From Parasitella parasitica NRRL 2501 (lineage: Eukaryota > Fungi > Mucoromycota): DNA of 64,000 bases. How positions within the stretch are numbered: the first letter of the stretch is position 1; every line of letters starts with the position of its first letter. Where the stretch lies: the NCBI GenBank assembly GCA_025201805.1, contig MU619374.1, positions 23,035 to 87,034 of the forward strand, written 5' to 3'. The notes under the pieces are model-generated. The model was not told where the DNA came from. It made no database searches and worked only from the letters and a program-made list of their open reading frames with translations. Positions 13,197-25,830 of this stretch are shown here, in pieces. The position numbers were made by a program, and so were the translations under genes.

Positions 13197-14121
13197 GCAG
13201 CAGCAACAGCAACATCACCATCACCATCACCATCACCATCACCAACACCAACAGCAACCAATTCCATTTGGTGTTAGCTCTGTTTTCACGCTAACATCTC
13301 CTGTTTCATCTTCATCTTCAACATCGTCATTACAGCAACGTGTAGACTACAGTGCCTATCGAAACAATAACAATAATGACATGCTTCAGTCACCACCTAT
13401 TCCAGAATCGACAAACATGATGATGCCTTCAAGTTACAATAGTGGAAACGATGGTAAGCAAGAGCTAGGGTGGGTGGTTTAGGGCTAGGGCTAGGGTCAG
13501 GGTTAGGGTTTGGGCTTTGATTGCAAGGAGGGTAAAGGGAGCGTTTACAAAGTGGCTGAAAAAGAGAAAACAACTAACTCATCCTGTTCAGCTTATGCTC
13601 CACATCCCCCAACACCTTCCTCAAACTACAACGGGTCTGTAGCCGCAGCGGCTGGAGATATCAATTTCAATTTTGACCCAAATACACCACCGTACCCTCA
13701 GCACGTACCTGCTTCTCCTGCACCAGTTATGATTCATCGTCAACACCAACATCCGCATCAGCAGCAGCATCAGCATCATCATCATCAACAGCAGCAGCAA
13801 CAGCAGCAGCAACAACAGCAACAGCAACAGTCCAGCGCAGAGAGAATGGCAGGCTATCCTACTTCAATGGGCTATTACTCTAATTCGTCGTCTTCCATTG
13901 GACGTGAATCACCACCATCGACCACATCTATTCAGCAGCGCATCATGCTACAGCAGGAATACGAAAATCAAAGACATTTACAGCAAATGGAATCCTCATC
14001 AGCTAATGTTCATTTGCCACTGATTCGCTCTAATTCGCCATTAAGCACAAACATCGTTCAGCATCAACAGCAACATCTTGGGTCAAATTTAAATCCAAAT
14101 CATTCGCAAAATTGGTCTTGA
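11941..14121 (+). CDS. Q/H-rich transcription factor with FAR1/AFT/WRKY-GCM1-type DNA-binding domain, multi-exon
   Basis: Spliced N-terminus F.SSVDAIEFCREACQDYGFSIK...YICCSH...CKWRVVL...EHNH, then long polyQ/H tracts; introns about 11983-12041, 12168-12228 and 13454-13591. Confidence 0.72.
13075..13260 (+). repeat. Coding CAG/CAA and CAT/CAC trinucleotide tract (polyQ, polyH)
   Basis: Directly visible; a second tract lies at about 13740-13830. Confidence 0.95.
13465..13514 (+). repeat. Telomere-like (N)TAGGG array in an intron
   Basis: CTAGGG TGGG TGG TTTAGGG CTAGGG CTAGGG TCAGGG TTAGGG TTTGGG. Confidence 0.75.
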
Positions 14122-14219
14122 ATTTTCAAGGAGAAACACGCATTGCCCTTCATTTTCTACCTCCTCTGTATCTCTTCGTACACTCTTTCCTCTCTATTAT
14201 CATAACCATTATCATTATT

Positions 14220-14250
<31 letters not shown>

Positions 14251-14560
14251 TTTCGTAACTTTTCTAGTAATTTCTATACTTATTTTCCATATATTTTTAT
14301 CCTTTATTATCAACTCCAATACACACTCTGTAAAATAATAATATTATAATATAGCCAATTCATTAATGATGATTGAAAACAATAAAAATTAGAGTAATCT
14401 TGCGCTGTTGGAGAACTACAACCTTACAACAGCGTTTGATTGCGAAAAATAAGAGAATTGCAGGCTGATTAATAGAATGTGTTGCAGAAATAATTTGGAA
14501 AGGCTATTAATAGGGGAGGGGGGAGGGGGTTTATTATAAATACAAACGAACAACCAACTG

Positions 14561-15526
14561 CTAGGCATTTTTCTCGATTTCCACCTTAATATATCTACAA
14601 AGCTCACTCGTACCCACTTCTCGCTTCATTATGAGCCAGTTGTCCAATAAATCTGTCAGTAAGGTACTTTTAAATTTGCCAGTCGAAGTCCCTAATAACT
14701 CGCATGTTCTCTGTACTGCACAATCGACATGATTATCCCCCAAAATCTTGCCGACAAAAGCAGCGCCCATCAAGTCAAAACAAGCGGATATACTATAAAA
14801 CGTCAGTTGCTGCGTTTGTTGTGATTGATTTGCCAACAGTTTGTATCCGGTGTATTCCAAAAATGCTTTTATGTTATCTGCCAACGTATACGTGATTTCG
14901 CGACAATAGGAAGGAAAGGAGGCATCTAGTTTGATCAAGAGGCGCACCATGACTACAGCCAATGCACGATGTGCATCACTATCATTTGTTTTTCTTGTTT
15001 CTGTACTACTTGGCCAAGAGGAAGTATTGGGAGGGCAACCATGACGACAACGGATAATAGCAGATACGAATACCGCGTGATGAAAGATTAGATCGACAGC
15101 AGTGCGAATACGATTCCGTATATCAATGTCTTCGATCAGCACATACTTGTGTTTGTATGAGGATATACCACTAATGACTTTCTGGTGCAGTGCCTGTTCT
15201 TTTTCGTTATTGCATCCAACGACTGTCAAACAATTTAGTTTGTTACTGTCTGCCTGTTTTTTAGTGTCGTTGGTTATGGGGAATTCGACAATCTGCTTGG
15301 ATATTTCCTGTAGCGCTATCAATGCCGTCCTGCATTGCACTTTCATGCTGGATTTTATATCAATTTTCCATGTCGTTCGAATTACATTGGATGCAAATAT
15401 TCGAAGTTCTGAACTTGCTTGATAAAGACACCACAAATCTTTCAAATCAAGAAAGTTTACCAAAATATACATGACCAATTCATTTGGTAGTTTTAATAGA
15501 CCAATACGCTGGATATCAGTGTTCAT
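14561..15526 (-). CDS. F-box-like protein
   Basis: N-terminal LLKLPNELVMYILVNFLDLKDLWCLYQAS F-box motif in a 321-aa intronless ORF. Confidence 0.75.
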   Translation of the reverse strand: MNTDIQRIGLLKLPNELVMYILVNFLDLKDLWCLYQASSELRIFASNVIRTTWKIDIKSSMKVQCRTALIALQEISKQIVEFPITNDTKKQADSNKLNCLTVVGCNNEKEQALHQKVISGISSYKHKYVLIEDIDIRNRIRTAVDLIFHHAVFVSAIIRCRHGCPPNTSSWPSSTETRKTNDSDAHRALAVVMVRLLIKLDASFPSYCREITYTLADNIKAFLEYTGYKLLANQSQQTQQLTFYSISACFDLMGAAFVGKILGDNHVDCAVQRTCELLGTSTGKFKSTLLTDLLDNWLIMKREVGTSELCRYIKVEIEKNA

Positions 15527-15857
15527 TCCCTTTCTTTATCGTATGATTTTATAATGCGATGTCTTTAGCTCTCTCTCTCTCTCTCTCTCTCTCTGTCTTT
15601 GTGGTATGTCGTCTCTCAAAAGGGTATTGTTGTCAAGTAAGCAATGCTATTATTTTTGTTATTTATTGACAAATAAACAAGTATGATGGTTGAAAAAAAA
15701 AGGTATCTGAAGAGAAAGAAAGAAGAGAGAGAGAGAGAGTAAAGAAAGTGAGTTGAAAAAAAAAAGGAGAAAATGTAAGTATCCCCCTTCATCATGCCCC
15801 TCTAATTTACTATAACCATATATTCTCACACAACTACAATCAGACCTTATTTGTCAT

Positions 15858-17720
15858 TTATTTACAATGATTTTTCACTATGGTATAAGAACGTTTGAGC
15901 GACTCACTTATAACGGTGAATCCGCTTGAATCAAGCTTATCAATCACTTGCTTTCCAATGGCCCAGTTCTTTTGATGGCAGCATTCATCTAGCATTAGGC
16001 TCCAAGTGTCTTTTGTGGGACTCAACCTCATGTTTAGCATATAGTTCAAACAAGTATAGGCATCCTCAAGTCGGTCATGGTTCAAAAACCCGACTATCAT
16101 AAAGTTAAATGTTGCTCTATCAGGCTGAATGCCACTTCTCAACATGTTCTGAAATGTTTCCATTGCTTTTCCCAACTGCATATGTTTGATGTAGCCCTGG
16201 ATCAAGTTGGTGTACGTATGGATGGTTGGCTTCAGCTGCGATTTCCTCATCAAATCCAGTGTTTTTTCTGCTTGATTCAAATTGTCGCTTCCGATCCAGC
16301 CATTGATAATGGCATTGAATGTATAAATGTTCGGTGTCATGCCTATTTGTTTGATAATCTCAAGCATATTCTCTGCCGATTTTGGTGCTTTTGTTTTGAA
16401 AATATTATCAATCAATGTAGTAAATGTAACAGTATCCGGCTCCATCCCCAGCTTAAACATGTCCGTTATAATTCCAGCAGCCGATGCCATGTCCCCTGCC
16501 TTTGTGTACCCTTTCAGCATTGTGTTGAATGTAATCATATCTGGCTTGAATGACGACTGAATCATTTGATTGTATAGTATCTTTGCAATGTTGAATTCTC
16601 TATTGATGACAAGCCCGTTGATCATTGTATTCAATATTACATCGTTTACTTTGAGGCGAGGATCTTTTTCGATTTCCTGGTAGGCTAGAAATGCCTTGTG
16701 CGATAGTCGACATTTGAAATAAACTTTGATGAGGTTGTTGTACAAAACTTCGTCTGGTATGTGTCCACCAAGAATAGTGTCTCTGACAACTTGTTCTGCA
16801 GAAATAACGTCCCTTGAATGAGCATATACTGAAAGCATACTGCTGCAAATATAAGCATTGGGTTTCACGCCGTGACGCTGCATTTCCTTGTACATGTGAG
16901 TGGCTTCACGCATCAATCTTGCATCAGTGTACCCCTTAATGAGAATATTGTATGTTGTTATGTCCAGTTTTTTGCCTTTCTGTTGTTCATAGATCCATCT
17001 AACGTCATTAAACTTCTTTTTTTCAATGAATTGAATCAAGTTATTGTTTAGTGCGAGGGTGCTTTTTAACCCATGCGTTAAAATTAATTCTTTAGCTGTT
17101 CGTCGTATTCTAGTTTCTTTGGGCATGCATCGACTCATGGTGCGATCAAAATCTCGGATGCTTGGTACAATATCGTGTTTAGTGTTGGAATCTTTGATCA
17201 ATTGAATTGCTTCTTCGATATTGTCCAAGCTGATATAGGTTGCCAATATGGCATTAAACGATCCAGTGGTTAATTTCAATTTAGATTCTTGAAAATCGCC
17301 CAAAAACATATCCAGAACATCGGCATATTGCATTTTGAATAATTTAGCTGTAAAATACTCGTTGTATTCGTTTATTGTCCATTCCAAGCCTACGCTTTTC
17401 ATGTCATCCAGCACCTGCAAGATTTGATCTTCAATGCACCAGTCATAGCGTCCCCATAAATCTGCTCGTATCTGTAAGAAATCGTCTCGGCTCAATTTTT
17501 TCAGCTGTTCCGGTTTGAATTCTTGATAATTTTTCCATTCTAATTGTCCATCTAAAATAGTGGACGAAGCGACCTTTGGGTTTTTCGCTGTAAGTGAGGG
17601 TGTTGGTGCGAGTGAGCTGTAATTGAGGCAAGGAAGTGACCTTTTGATTTGCTTTTGTATTGCAATGTCATTATTTACCATTATGCGTGGCATACGGCAA
17701 ACTCTAAAAAGCCGTTGCAT
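15858..17720 (-). CDS. Pentatricopeptide-repeat protein, probably mitochondrial
   Basis: Many 35-aa repeats such as TYNILIKGY..A..MYKEM..GVKPN and TFNTMLKGY..GMEPD; basic N-terminal presequence. Confidence 0.93.
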   Translation of the reverse strand: MQRLFRVCRMPRIMVNNDIAIQKQIKRSLPCLNYSSLAPTPSLTAKNPKVASSTILDGQLEWKNYQEFKPEQLKKLSRDDFLQIRADLWGRYDWCIEDQILQVLDDMKSVGLEWTINEYNEYFTAKLFKMQYADVLDMFLGDFQESKLKLTTGSFNAILATYISLDNIEEAIQLIKDSNTKHDIVPSIRDFDRTMSRCMPKETRIRRTAKELILTHGLKSTLALNNNLIQFIEKKKFNDVRWIYEQQKGKKLDITTYNILIKGYTDARLMREATHMYKEMQRHGVKPNAYICSSMLSVYAHSRDVISAEQVVRDTILGGHIPDEVLYNNLIKVYFKCRLSHKAFLAYQEIEKDPRLKVNDVILNTMINGLVINREFNIAKILYNQMIQSSFKPDMITFNTMLKGYTKAGDMASAAGIITDMFKLGMEPDTVTFTTLIDNIFKTKAPKSAENMLEIIKQIGMTPNIYTFNAIINGWIGSDNLNQAEKTLDLMRKSQLKPTIHTYTNLIQGYIKHMQLGKAMETFQNMLRSGIQPDRATFNFMIVGFLNHDRLEDAYTCLNYMLNMRLSPTKDTWSLMLDECCHQKNWAIGKQVIDKLDSSGFTVISESLKRSYTIVKNHCK

Positions 17721-18222
17721 TTCTAAAAAAAAATCTATAAGAGAGGTATTCTACAAAAAAAAAACAAGTTTAGTTCTGAACTATTTACCAGGGCCAATTC
17801 AAGTGTATGTAGCTTGACCTAGTCACTCAACTTTGCAGTCGTTAATGCAACTTGGAGTTTTTTTGACACTGCCATCAATGACAAAAGTGCTTCTTATATT
17901 TGTGATTAAAAGTATTGCAGTGGGAAATGTGTGTGTGTGTGTGTGTTTTTGCGTTTAACATATGTGTAGAGAAGAGATATATGCTCCCCGCTTTGAGCAC
18001 GTTGGGTTCAGCAATGATAACTGATTAGCGGGTCCGAAAAAGCCCACTTCTTCCATTGTACCAAGTAATATTAGTGCGCGCAGGTTCGGCCAACTGCCAT
18101 TAGATGCTATTTAAACTCCAAAGTATGATTAGCGTACCTTTTTCATTCGAAATAACATTCAAAATTGCCAGAGAATATCGATACATCATTTCTTTCTTCA
18201 TTCTTGATAAAAACGATTTCCT

Positions 18223-19201
18223 ATGGTCTCCTACCTTAAAAAATCGCTAGGTTCATTGGCAGGCTTTGGGTCTCCAGATCTTTTGCCTCCTCCCGAATAT
18301 CTGGCTTCTACTGTTCAACATTGCGAAAATGATGAATTGGATGATTGTACCGGATGTGCGAGTCCATGTTCAGAACACCAAGAATACCCTTCTTATCTCA
18401 ATATTGAGATGGATTTCCCTATCCTGGGTAGCGTGAAGCCTTATGGACGACACATTTTAATTGCTACTGGTGTATCGGATTGGCCCAAGAAGATTGAGCA
18501 TGATAAAGGTTCATTTGCACGCACCCTATACAATGTAGAATACAATAGGAAATCAAATCCATGGAAAACCCTGGTTACCAACGCAGCTATGACTTCTACT
18601 CACTCAACTATACCTGATAGCTGTGATGTATTGATCTTTCCTGACAATATTTTGGTGTCCAATGTCATTTGTGCACAAGCAGATGATTTCTACGATTTGT
18701 TTCTAGCTACATCATTACCCGAGGAACCCATGGATATTGAATTAATAAAACGAGACGATCGCATAGGACTAATGAACATAACGAAATGCCCTTTCAAGAC
18801 ATTAATGCTATTGTGCTCGCACAGAAAGCGAGATAAACGGTGTGGTGTAACGGCTCCTATATTGGCCCAAGAGCTTGACCATGTGTTAAGAGAGAAGGAG
18901 CTAGATGAAGAAGATGCTGCTGTTATTATGGTTAGCCATATTGGAGGTAAAATCTGCAGTGAACGATAAAATATTTGATATCACTGATTCTGTATTGATA
19001 GGTCATAAAATTGCTGGTAATGTAATCTGTTACATTAATGACGGAACTCGTGGCATATGGTATGGTCGAGTGAAAACCTGTCATTGCCGCCGAATAATTG
19101 AGGAAACAATAATAAAAGGAAAGGTCATAAAAGATATATATCGTGGGGCAATGGACAATAGTTTCCAGAACCAGGCAAAAAGGACCACTTTGAAATGGTA
19201 A
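18223..19201 (+). CDS. APD1: Sucrase/ferredoxin-like 2Fe-2S protein (Apd1/Aim32 family)
   Basis: LLCSHRKRDKRCGVTAP, SHIGGHKIAGNVI, GIWYGRV; intron about 18948-19001; C-terminal Trp. Confidence 0.85.
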
Positions 19202-21355
19202 TAATAAAAAATTCTTATATTATAAGTAAATATTTTATCATAGTATCCAGTAATTAATATACTTCATAAATCTACTTGAAAAGTAATGGCACCCAAAAAG
19301 GTATCAGGAAATAATAGTCCAATAATGAGCTATTTTTTGTTTAGGATATGAAGGCTAAGCGATATGGTTGGAGTATCATATTCTAAATATTATGTGTGGA
19401 AGTTGTTATAGAGGGATGAAGAATAATTAGTAACGAGAGCATCGTATTAAGGTGTATGCTACAAAATTAAGAAAAAAGGCGATAGAAAAATAGAATATAC
19501 GCTTCTTAATGTTAGACGAAGCCCAATCTAGCTCATCGAACTTCGACCTATTTAAAATTAAAGCAAAAGTATAATACAAGCTACTAATGTAATTAGAATA
19601 CAGCAGACAATTCAACGTGGAATAGAGTTTATAAATACTTTTGTTTGGTTTTCTCAATTACATTTGTTGCGTTAAATCAAGAAAATACACTTATTTTCAA
19701 AATAGAATACTTTACTTATAAAAAAAAAATTGTGTATGCAACAAAGCGTGAAATAAATGACAATGTATTTTCATTTGAAATGCAAGCTCTTGTAGAGTTA
19801 ATGTTGTCGAAGTCGATCCAAATAGCTTGAATTTCTCGAAATTGGGCATGGTCTAACGAAAAGAAAAAGAAAAAAAATCGATTTTTTATTTAATAATATG
19901 TTAAACTTGATCTTGAGCAAGCAATGCTTGATTAACGTGGAGCATGAATTATGCAATCATCTTTAAACGTATAATAATATTAATAATGGTATAATTCGTA
20001 TTATTTACGCTTTATTATTAGGGTGTTAGTTAATAACCAAGAACTGCTTACTGATTCAATACAATGCGTGTACTTCACATCACCAGTTTAGCCTGTCAAT
20101 TTGGCGCTACTGGAAGGTGCCATGCCTGGGAACAAACTTCTCGGTTATTCTCCTTGTGATAGAGTACAATTATCTAGTAGTACAAGGGTAGTATGATATA
20201 CTATGTAAATGTCAAGCATTCCTAATCGCTAACATTGCTATCCGGTCTATTACATACTATATAATATATGTGGGTATTACAGGACAAGTAGTAATTGACA
20301 GTAATGTATGCAAGTAAGTTAATGGTGATAAACTCCTCTATGATGATAGATTTTGATCAGAAGTGGTAGATCAATTGTGATAGTAAAACTAGTTAGACTT
20401 TTGATTATAGTAATAATTAACTTCAGAATAAGAAGAACTAGAATTAGGCAGATATTTTCAATTCTGTTCCAATATCTGGTAAGAGTTGAACCTGTTTATA
20501 ATAATTGGATGTTTCATGTAAAATGATACATCATGTAACGTGAATCGTCTAACCCCTCCTCTTAGTTGCAACTAATCCTACGTTGTTTATACGAGTATTT
20601 TCTGTATTATGAAAATTGTTGTTTTCTACTGATAACTTAGTATGTATATTTTTTTGCCTTCGTATATGTTTGTATCAGATACCACTAGTGATTCAATAGC
20701 CCAATGTTTTCCAAGTTTGATTTACTTCCGCTTTACTCTTTAATTATGATGATGATGATGATGATGATGAAGTTAGTAAAAATTGTAACGAATAAAGAAA
20801 ACATCTTCAGAGCATTGACTCAGACATATATCGAATACATCAACTGTTTTAAACTGAATTGCTCGTTCCTTTGACCGTCTGAATGCTGAATTTCAGCTTG
20901 ATTATCATCTTTAAGATAATTTCTCTTCTACCTTTTTTTTACAAGACTACTTCCTATGAATATATTAAAACATTGTTTTCCCTCATTATTATGACATTCA
21001 AGTGCTTCAAATAAACGTAATATAATGAAAATCGTCTTGTAGATCAATGTTATCACTAGATTCTTGTACATGGCAGTTCTATTAAAAGGAAAAAGCAGTG
21101 GTCCCAACAATAATTTATGCATTATTGTAATTATTGCCCATATTTTTATTGGTCATTATAATTTAGTAAGTGTGTGCTGGTATCTTCTGTTGTCACTTCT
21201 TTATAGACTATTTCATCATGAAATAATGAAATTTCATGTATATTATACATATATATAAGAATGACAAAAAATGGTATATGTAATTGAGATTCTATAATTG
21301 GCGCGAAGCATACTAGGGATATATGCGTACAATAGCATAATGTATACGTACTATA

Positions 21356-22220
21356 TTAAAAGCCCAAAAACACAGATCTTTTCTTGCCAGTAGGGTAAAT
21401 GACAAGGTTAGCTAAAAAGAGACCCAGTGTCAAAGAAAGAGCAATGCCTAGCACTTGAAATACAAATTCACTGCCACTTCCGTTATTAGAACCATCAAAT
21501 AAATGTACTGCTCCCTTTACACCAATACTTCCGGGCACAAGAATAATGACACCACCCATAATTGGTACAAATGCTAAGCGTTTGGTTAAACGGGCATACA
21601 AATTACCACAGCACCCTAACACAAATGCACCTGCACTAGGTGTTATGACAGAGGAAGAGCCGGCGTACCTAGCAACAAAGTAATAAACAGCATAGCCTGC
21701 TGCACTATCTCCAACCATAGGCAGCCATTGGTTTAAGCTAGCACCATAGACAACTCCAAAGCCAATTGTGGCTAACGGAAGAATAAGAAAGATCCACCAT
21801 GGATTGACACTGTCGTGACATGCGCCTAGAACATCAATGGTTTGGTCTGGATGCGCTAATCGCCAAATAGAACACCCGTAGCCGATGCCGAAAGCAAGAA
21901 ACAAGACATACATCAAGGCATACACCAAATGTACGGTACCGCTAATTAGATTTTTAGCAGCCAACTCCATCACAGAACATGTTAGCGAATAACCTGGTAG
22001 AGCAATCACAATCTGTGCAACATTTTTTAGTTGAATATGCTGGAAACCAAGAGGATATTACTTACAGCAGCCATGGCGACAGCAGCAAAACATACATGAG
22101 GGTGTAACGCAAGGGTAATAACAGCAACAGGGATAGTAACGACCATTTCAAACACATTGCCAAACATGGGCAGCTTCTCTGAGACGTAAGTCAAGATACC
22201 AACTTGTAGCNNNNNNNNNN

Positions 22221-22253
<33 letters not shown>

Positions 22254-23458
22254 TCAGCAACTATATGATTTGGTGCAAAAAGTATTAATCTTACCACATA
22301 GACCAAAAATAGCACTAACCCAACAATCTGTCCAGGATCCGTTATAAAAAAGAGGTGCTACGAATGCAGATGTTGCGATATATCCAAGAATAACAATAGA
22401 CGGGCTCCAAGTGGGTGGCTCATTTATAATACCATCCAAAAGAATCGTCGCTTCCTGTAGACAGAGTTCTCCCTTGGCAATTCGATATGCAATGACGTTT
22501 GATCTCTCCAGTTTTCCAATATCTAGTGAACGTGAACAGCGGATCAGATGGGTTTCGGAAGTGTGCGTCTCTACATCGCCAAAAGTAACGATAATCAATC
22601 CTGGTAAAACTGCATAGCTACCATCAATTTCAAGACGTTTGCCGACTTTTTCCATGGCTGCTTCCTGACGACATGCATGTATTTAGTCATTGATCTTGAA
22701 AATATATATATATTTATATATAAATAAAAGCTTACAATTCGATGCGACGGTGCACCTGTTCTAACAAGAGATTTTCCCAGTTTGATAATAAGATCTTGTC
22801 TCTGGAGAATGTCTGCAATTTCAGATGCAATCGCCATACGATGAGCAGCTACGGATACATCATCAGTGATACCGAGTTCAGCCTTGTGTAAATCTTCAAA
22901 ATACATGCTACTTCGAGCAGACTGGGGGGATACACCTACAGTTTGTAACAGTGCTCTACTGGAAGCAATGGATCGCAGCTGGTACGTAGGGCGAGAAGTG
23001 TGTGGTTTTTGCTGCTGTAATGATATAGAGGAGGTAGAGCCCGCCTTTGGATGTAACAAATGTGGTAGGTGAGTAGCAGGAGCAGCAGATGAAGACCCTT
23101 GTTGACGTTGTCGGCGAGTCTTTTCTTCAAATAAGTCCAGTTTCAACAGATTAGACAAAATCCCACCTCTGCTTGGCCTACGCCTGTTGTTGTGTTTTGT
23201 CACAGCATCTACAAGGTGAATTGCATGGTCTGCATGGCTTATTCTTCTTTGGACTGTGTTACCATTGTTGGTCGATGAAGAAGATGCTGAATCCACTGTG
23301 ATGTCCACTCGTTCATCGAAATCTCCGCCTAGAGACTTCTCTGAAGTAGACTCGTCATCGTTTGCGGCTTTAAATGAATTTTTAGCGAGCACAGGACGGA
23401 CGCTTGCTAGATCTATAGACGGAGGTGTTTCTGGATCAAGAAACTTGTTTCCCTCCAT
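21356..23458 (-). CDS. PRM10: Prm10 / ThrE (DUF1212) family membrane protein, multi-exon; assembly gap inside an intron
   Basis: LIIKLGKSLVRTGAPSHRI, FGDVETHTSETHL, LPGYSLTCSVMELAAKNLISG, ILVPGSIGVKG. Confidence 0.88.
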
Positions 23459-24956
23459 TTTACTATGTGAATCTGATTGAGAAGACAGAGAAAGAACATG
23501 GAAAATGCGGCGATCATAATGAAAAATTTATTTGAAACCAGTGTCTATTACTCCCACTCGTTTTACCTGTCAAATCCTTTTGCTTTCATTTTGGAACGGA
23601 TACTCAATGATGTGCTGTTATTAATTGGCCAAGTATCACCAAATACCAAAAGCCAAATTTCGTTACTAGCGGACAAAACCATGAGTGATGATTCTTCCAA
23701 TCAAATCTTTCTTCTAATAAGCAGCACTTCCGTGTGTATACGATACAAGACTTTAAGCCAGCATAGTTGTTTTATTCATTTGATTATTCTTATATCAGAC
23801 ATGTAAAAGACAAAAGTCTAAAGGAAGAGTATAAAGCATTCAACCAAGGCTTTTCAACATGTAACAAGCGTGTATATATCAGTTCGACAATATCATATCT
23901 CGACATCTCAATATCTTACATTTATGGTTTGAATTGATTCAAAGTAAAAAAAGAATCTCACAATACACCATCTTATCGATGGGCATACCAAAAATCAGAA
24001 TTCAACCCGTTTTTTCATTTCTGTTGGTCATTTTTACAACTTTAGAAGCTGTTTATGGCCAGAACAGTCTATATACGAACTAGAATTTGCATCACCTAAA
24101 TTTCAAATGATGCTCTGTACCTAACCAAAAAGACCTGGAAGATCTTGGAATTTTCTCTTTTCGAATGAATTACCTCATCACCATAACACTGGCATAACAA
24201 AAGGCGTATTTTCTGCAGCAGAAATGCAAAATTTTCAGCACCATTATCCTCGTTTTGTCTTGATCTATAATAGTTTTACGCTTTGAGAGCAAAAAAAAAC
24301 TTTTTTTTCCCCAGTATATGTGCAAGCAAAGCAAATTATGGCCTCAAAAAGTACTGCATCTCATGGTTCCTTTGTATGATCATTTGCCATAATGAACTAT
24401 ATCGATAAAGGCCTTAAAAATTCCTCAAATTAGCGCCATGATGATGAGGCGCGGATCATATTTTCCGGTAAACAATGAGAACAAAAAGGTTCCAACTGAT
24501 TCCGTATCACATAATAACCTGGATGAATCACAAAAAAGCCTATTTAGTTTCTAATGCAAATGCTAAAAGAGGGGGTTTATGGGAAGGGGGGGGGGAGGGG
24601 GATCATAGAGTGATTTATACCCGCAAGGTAATGATGCTAACAATAATCAACGTACAAGTGAGGTCATTGCAGGTAATAAGTCAGGGTGCCAACTTTTGCA
24701 GCGCATGCCAGCACAAAACTGGGGGATTAACAGTAAATGTGTAACAGGTCGAGTAAGTAACAAAGCAAAGCGGTAGATGGTTTAATTATTTTTATTCATC
24801 ATGTTTAGATAGGTTATACAGCTAATTATAATAGTAATAGATAATAAAGAGAAGAAGCATTATGTACAAAAAGTAGTAGAGAATATATAGACAGGGAAAA
24901 TAAGTATGGTGCTCTTTTCGTGGAAAAATTACAAGGTGATTAATACGTTTAGATGT

Positions 24957-25256
24957 TTAACACATAATGCGACTTGAATTTGTGATGAACGATTGATGCT
25001 GACTTTGCCCGCAAGAAGCGGCTGTTTCCTCTGTTGATTCTTCTATGTATGCAGGGAATGAAAAATATAAATCTTGAAATGGGCTTTTTTCTATTGGTTC
25101 TTGCTTATTGTCATCTTGATTGCTAGTATTTGCAGATGATGGTGTTGAGGATACTAGCAGGAGTAAATTTTTCACAAAAGCTGAAAATGAGTTCCTGCGA
25201 GTAGATGAAGTGGTAGACATGTTGGGTGTTGAAGCGGTGGCAATAGTGGCATTCAT
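24957..25256 (-). CDS. Small hypothetical Ser/Thr-rich protein
   Basis: 99-aa ORF with an upstream TATA-like site (about 25475) and AT-rich downstream sequence; family not recognised. Confidence 0.5.
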   Translation of the reverse strand: MNATIATASTPNMSTTSSTRRNSFSAFVKNLLLLVSSTPSSANTSNQDDNKQEPIEKSPFQDLYFSFPAYIEESTEETAASCGQSQHQSFITNSSRIMC

Positions 25257-25830
25257 TTCTGTGTGTTGATGATATAGCGATAATAAGGATGAGGGAAAAA
25301 AACAGAAGTAAACTGGCTCTCTTTTATATTTTTTTTTCCACTTTTACCAAATCAAGATTTCTACATATGATAACAGGCAGGTACGCCGGCATGATTAGTT
25401 TTGGCCAAAGCGAATAGAGAAAGAAAAAAAAGTGACCCGATCCACATATCTCCATAAGAGGATTTCCTTCTTTAAATATAATGAAAGGAGGGCCTGGACC
25501 ACGTTGTTGAAAACTAGACATGATTTTCTTTATTTAGTTGTTACACATTCTAGTGCTTGCGCAAAAACAAAGATCATAAGCCTTTCAAATAAAATATGAT
25601 CGCCTCCTTGACAACGGGAATTTCGTAGTGTGATGGAGCACTTGAGGGAATCTCCGCACATGTGAGATGTGCTGCTTCTGCTGAGGGCTATTTGTAGTGC
25701 TGTGTCTTGCATTTCGCATTACCATTAGCTTCCTTTTTTTTTTTTTTGCTTTTTTTTTTTTTTAAAAAAAACCATTATTTTCCTTCTAGATCTCTCTGTC
25801 TTTTCTGTATATATACACTCGTGACCATTC

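Noticed and set aside
16077-16848. Alternative-frame and antisense ORFs over the PPR gene (likewise over SLA2, RPL19, CIA1 and the kinesin)
   Set aside because: Shadow ORFs of real coding sequence with no independent motifs
19300-21300. 2-kb AT-rich gene-free stretch as a possible centromere core or transposon relic
   Set aside because: No terminal repeats, motifs or flanking LINEs visible; it lies between two convergent ordinary genes
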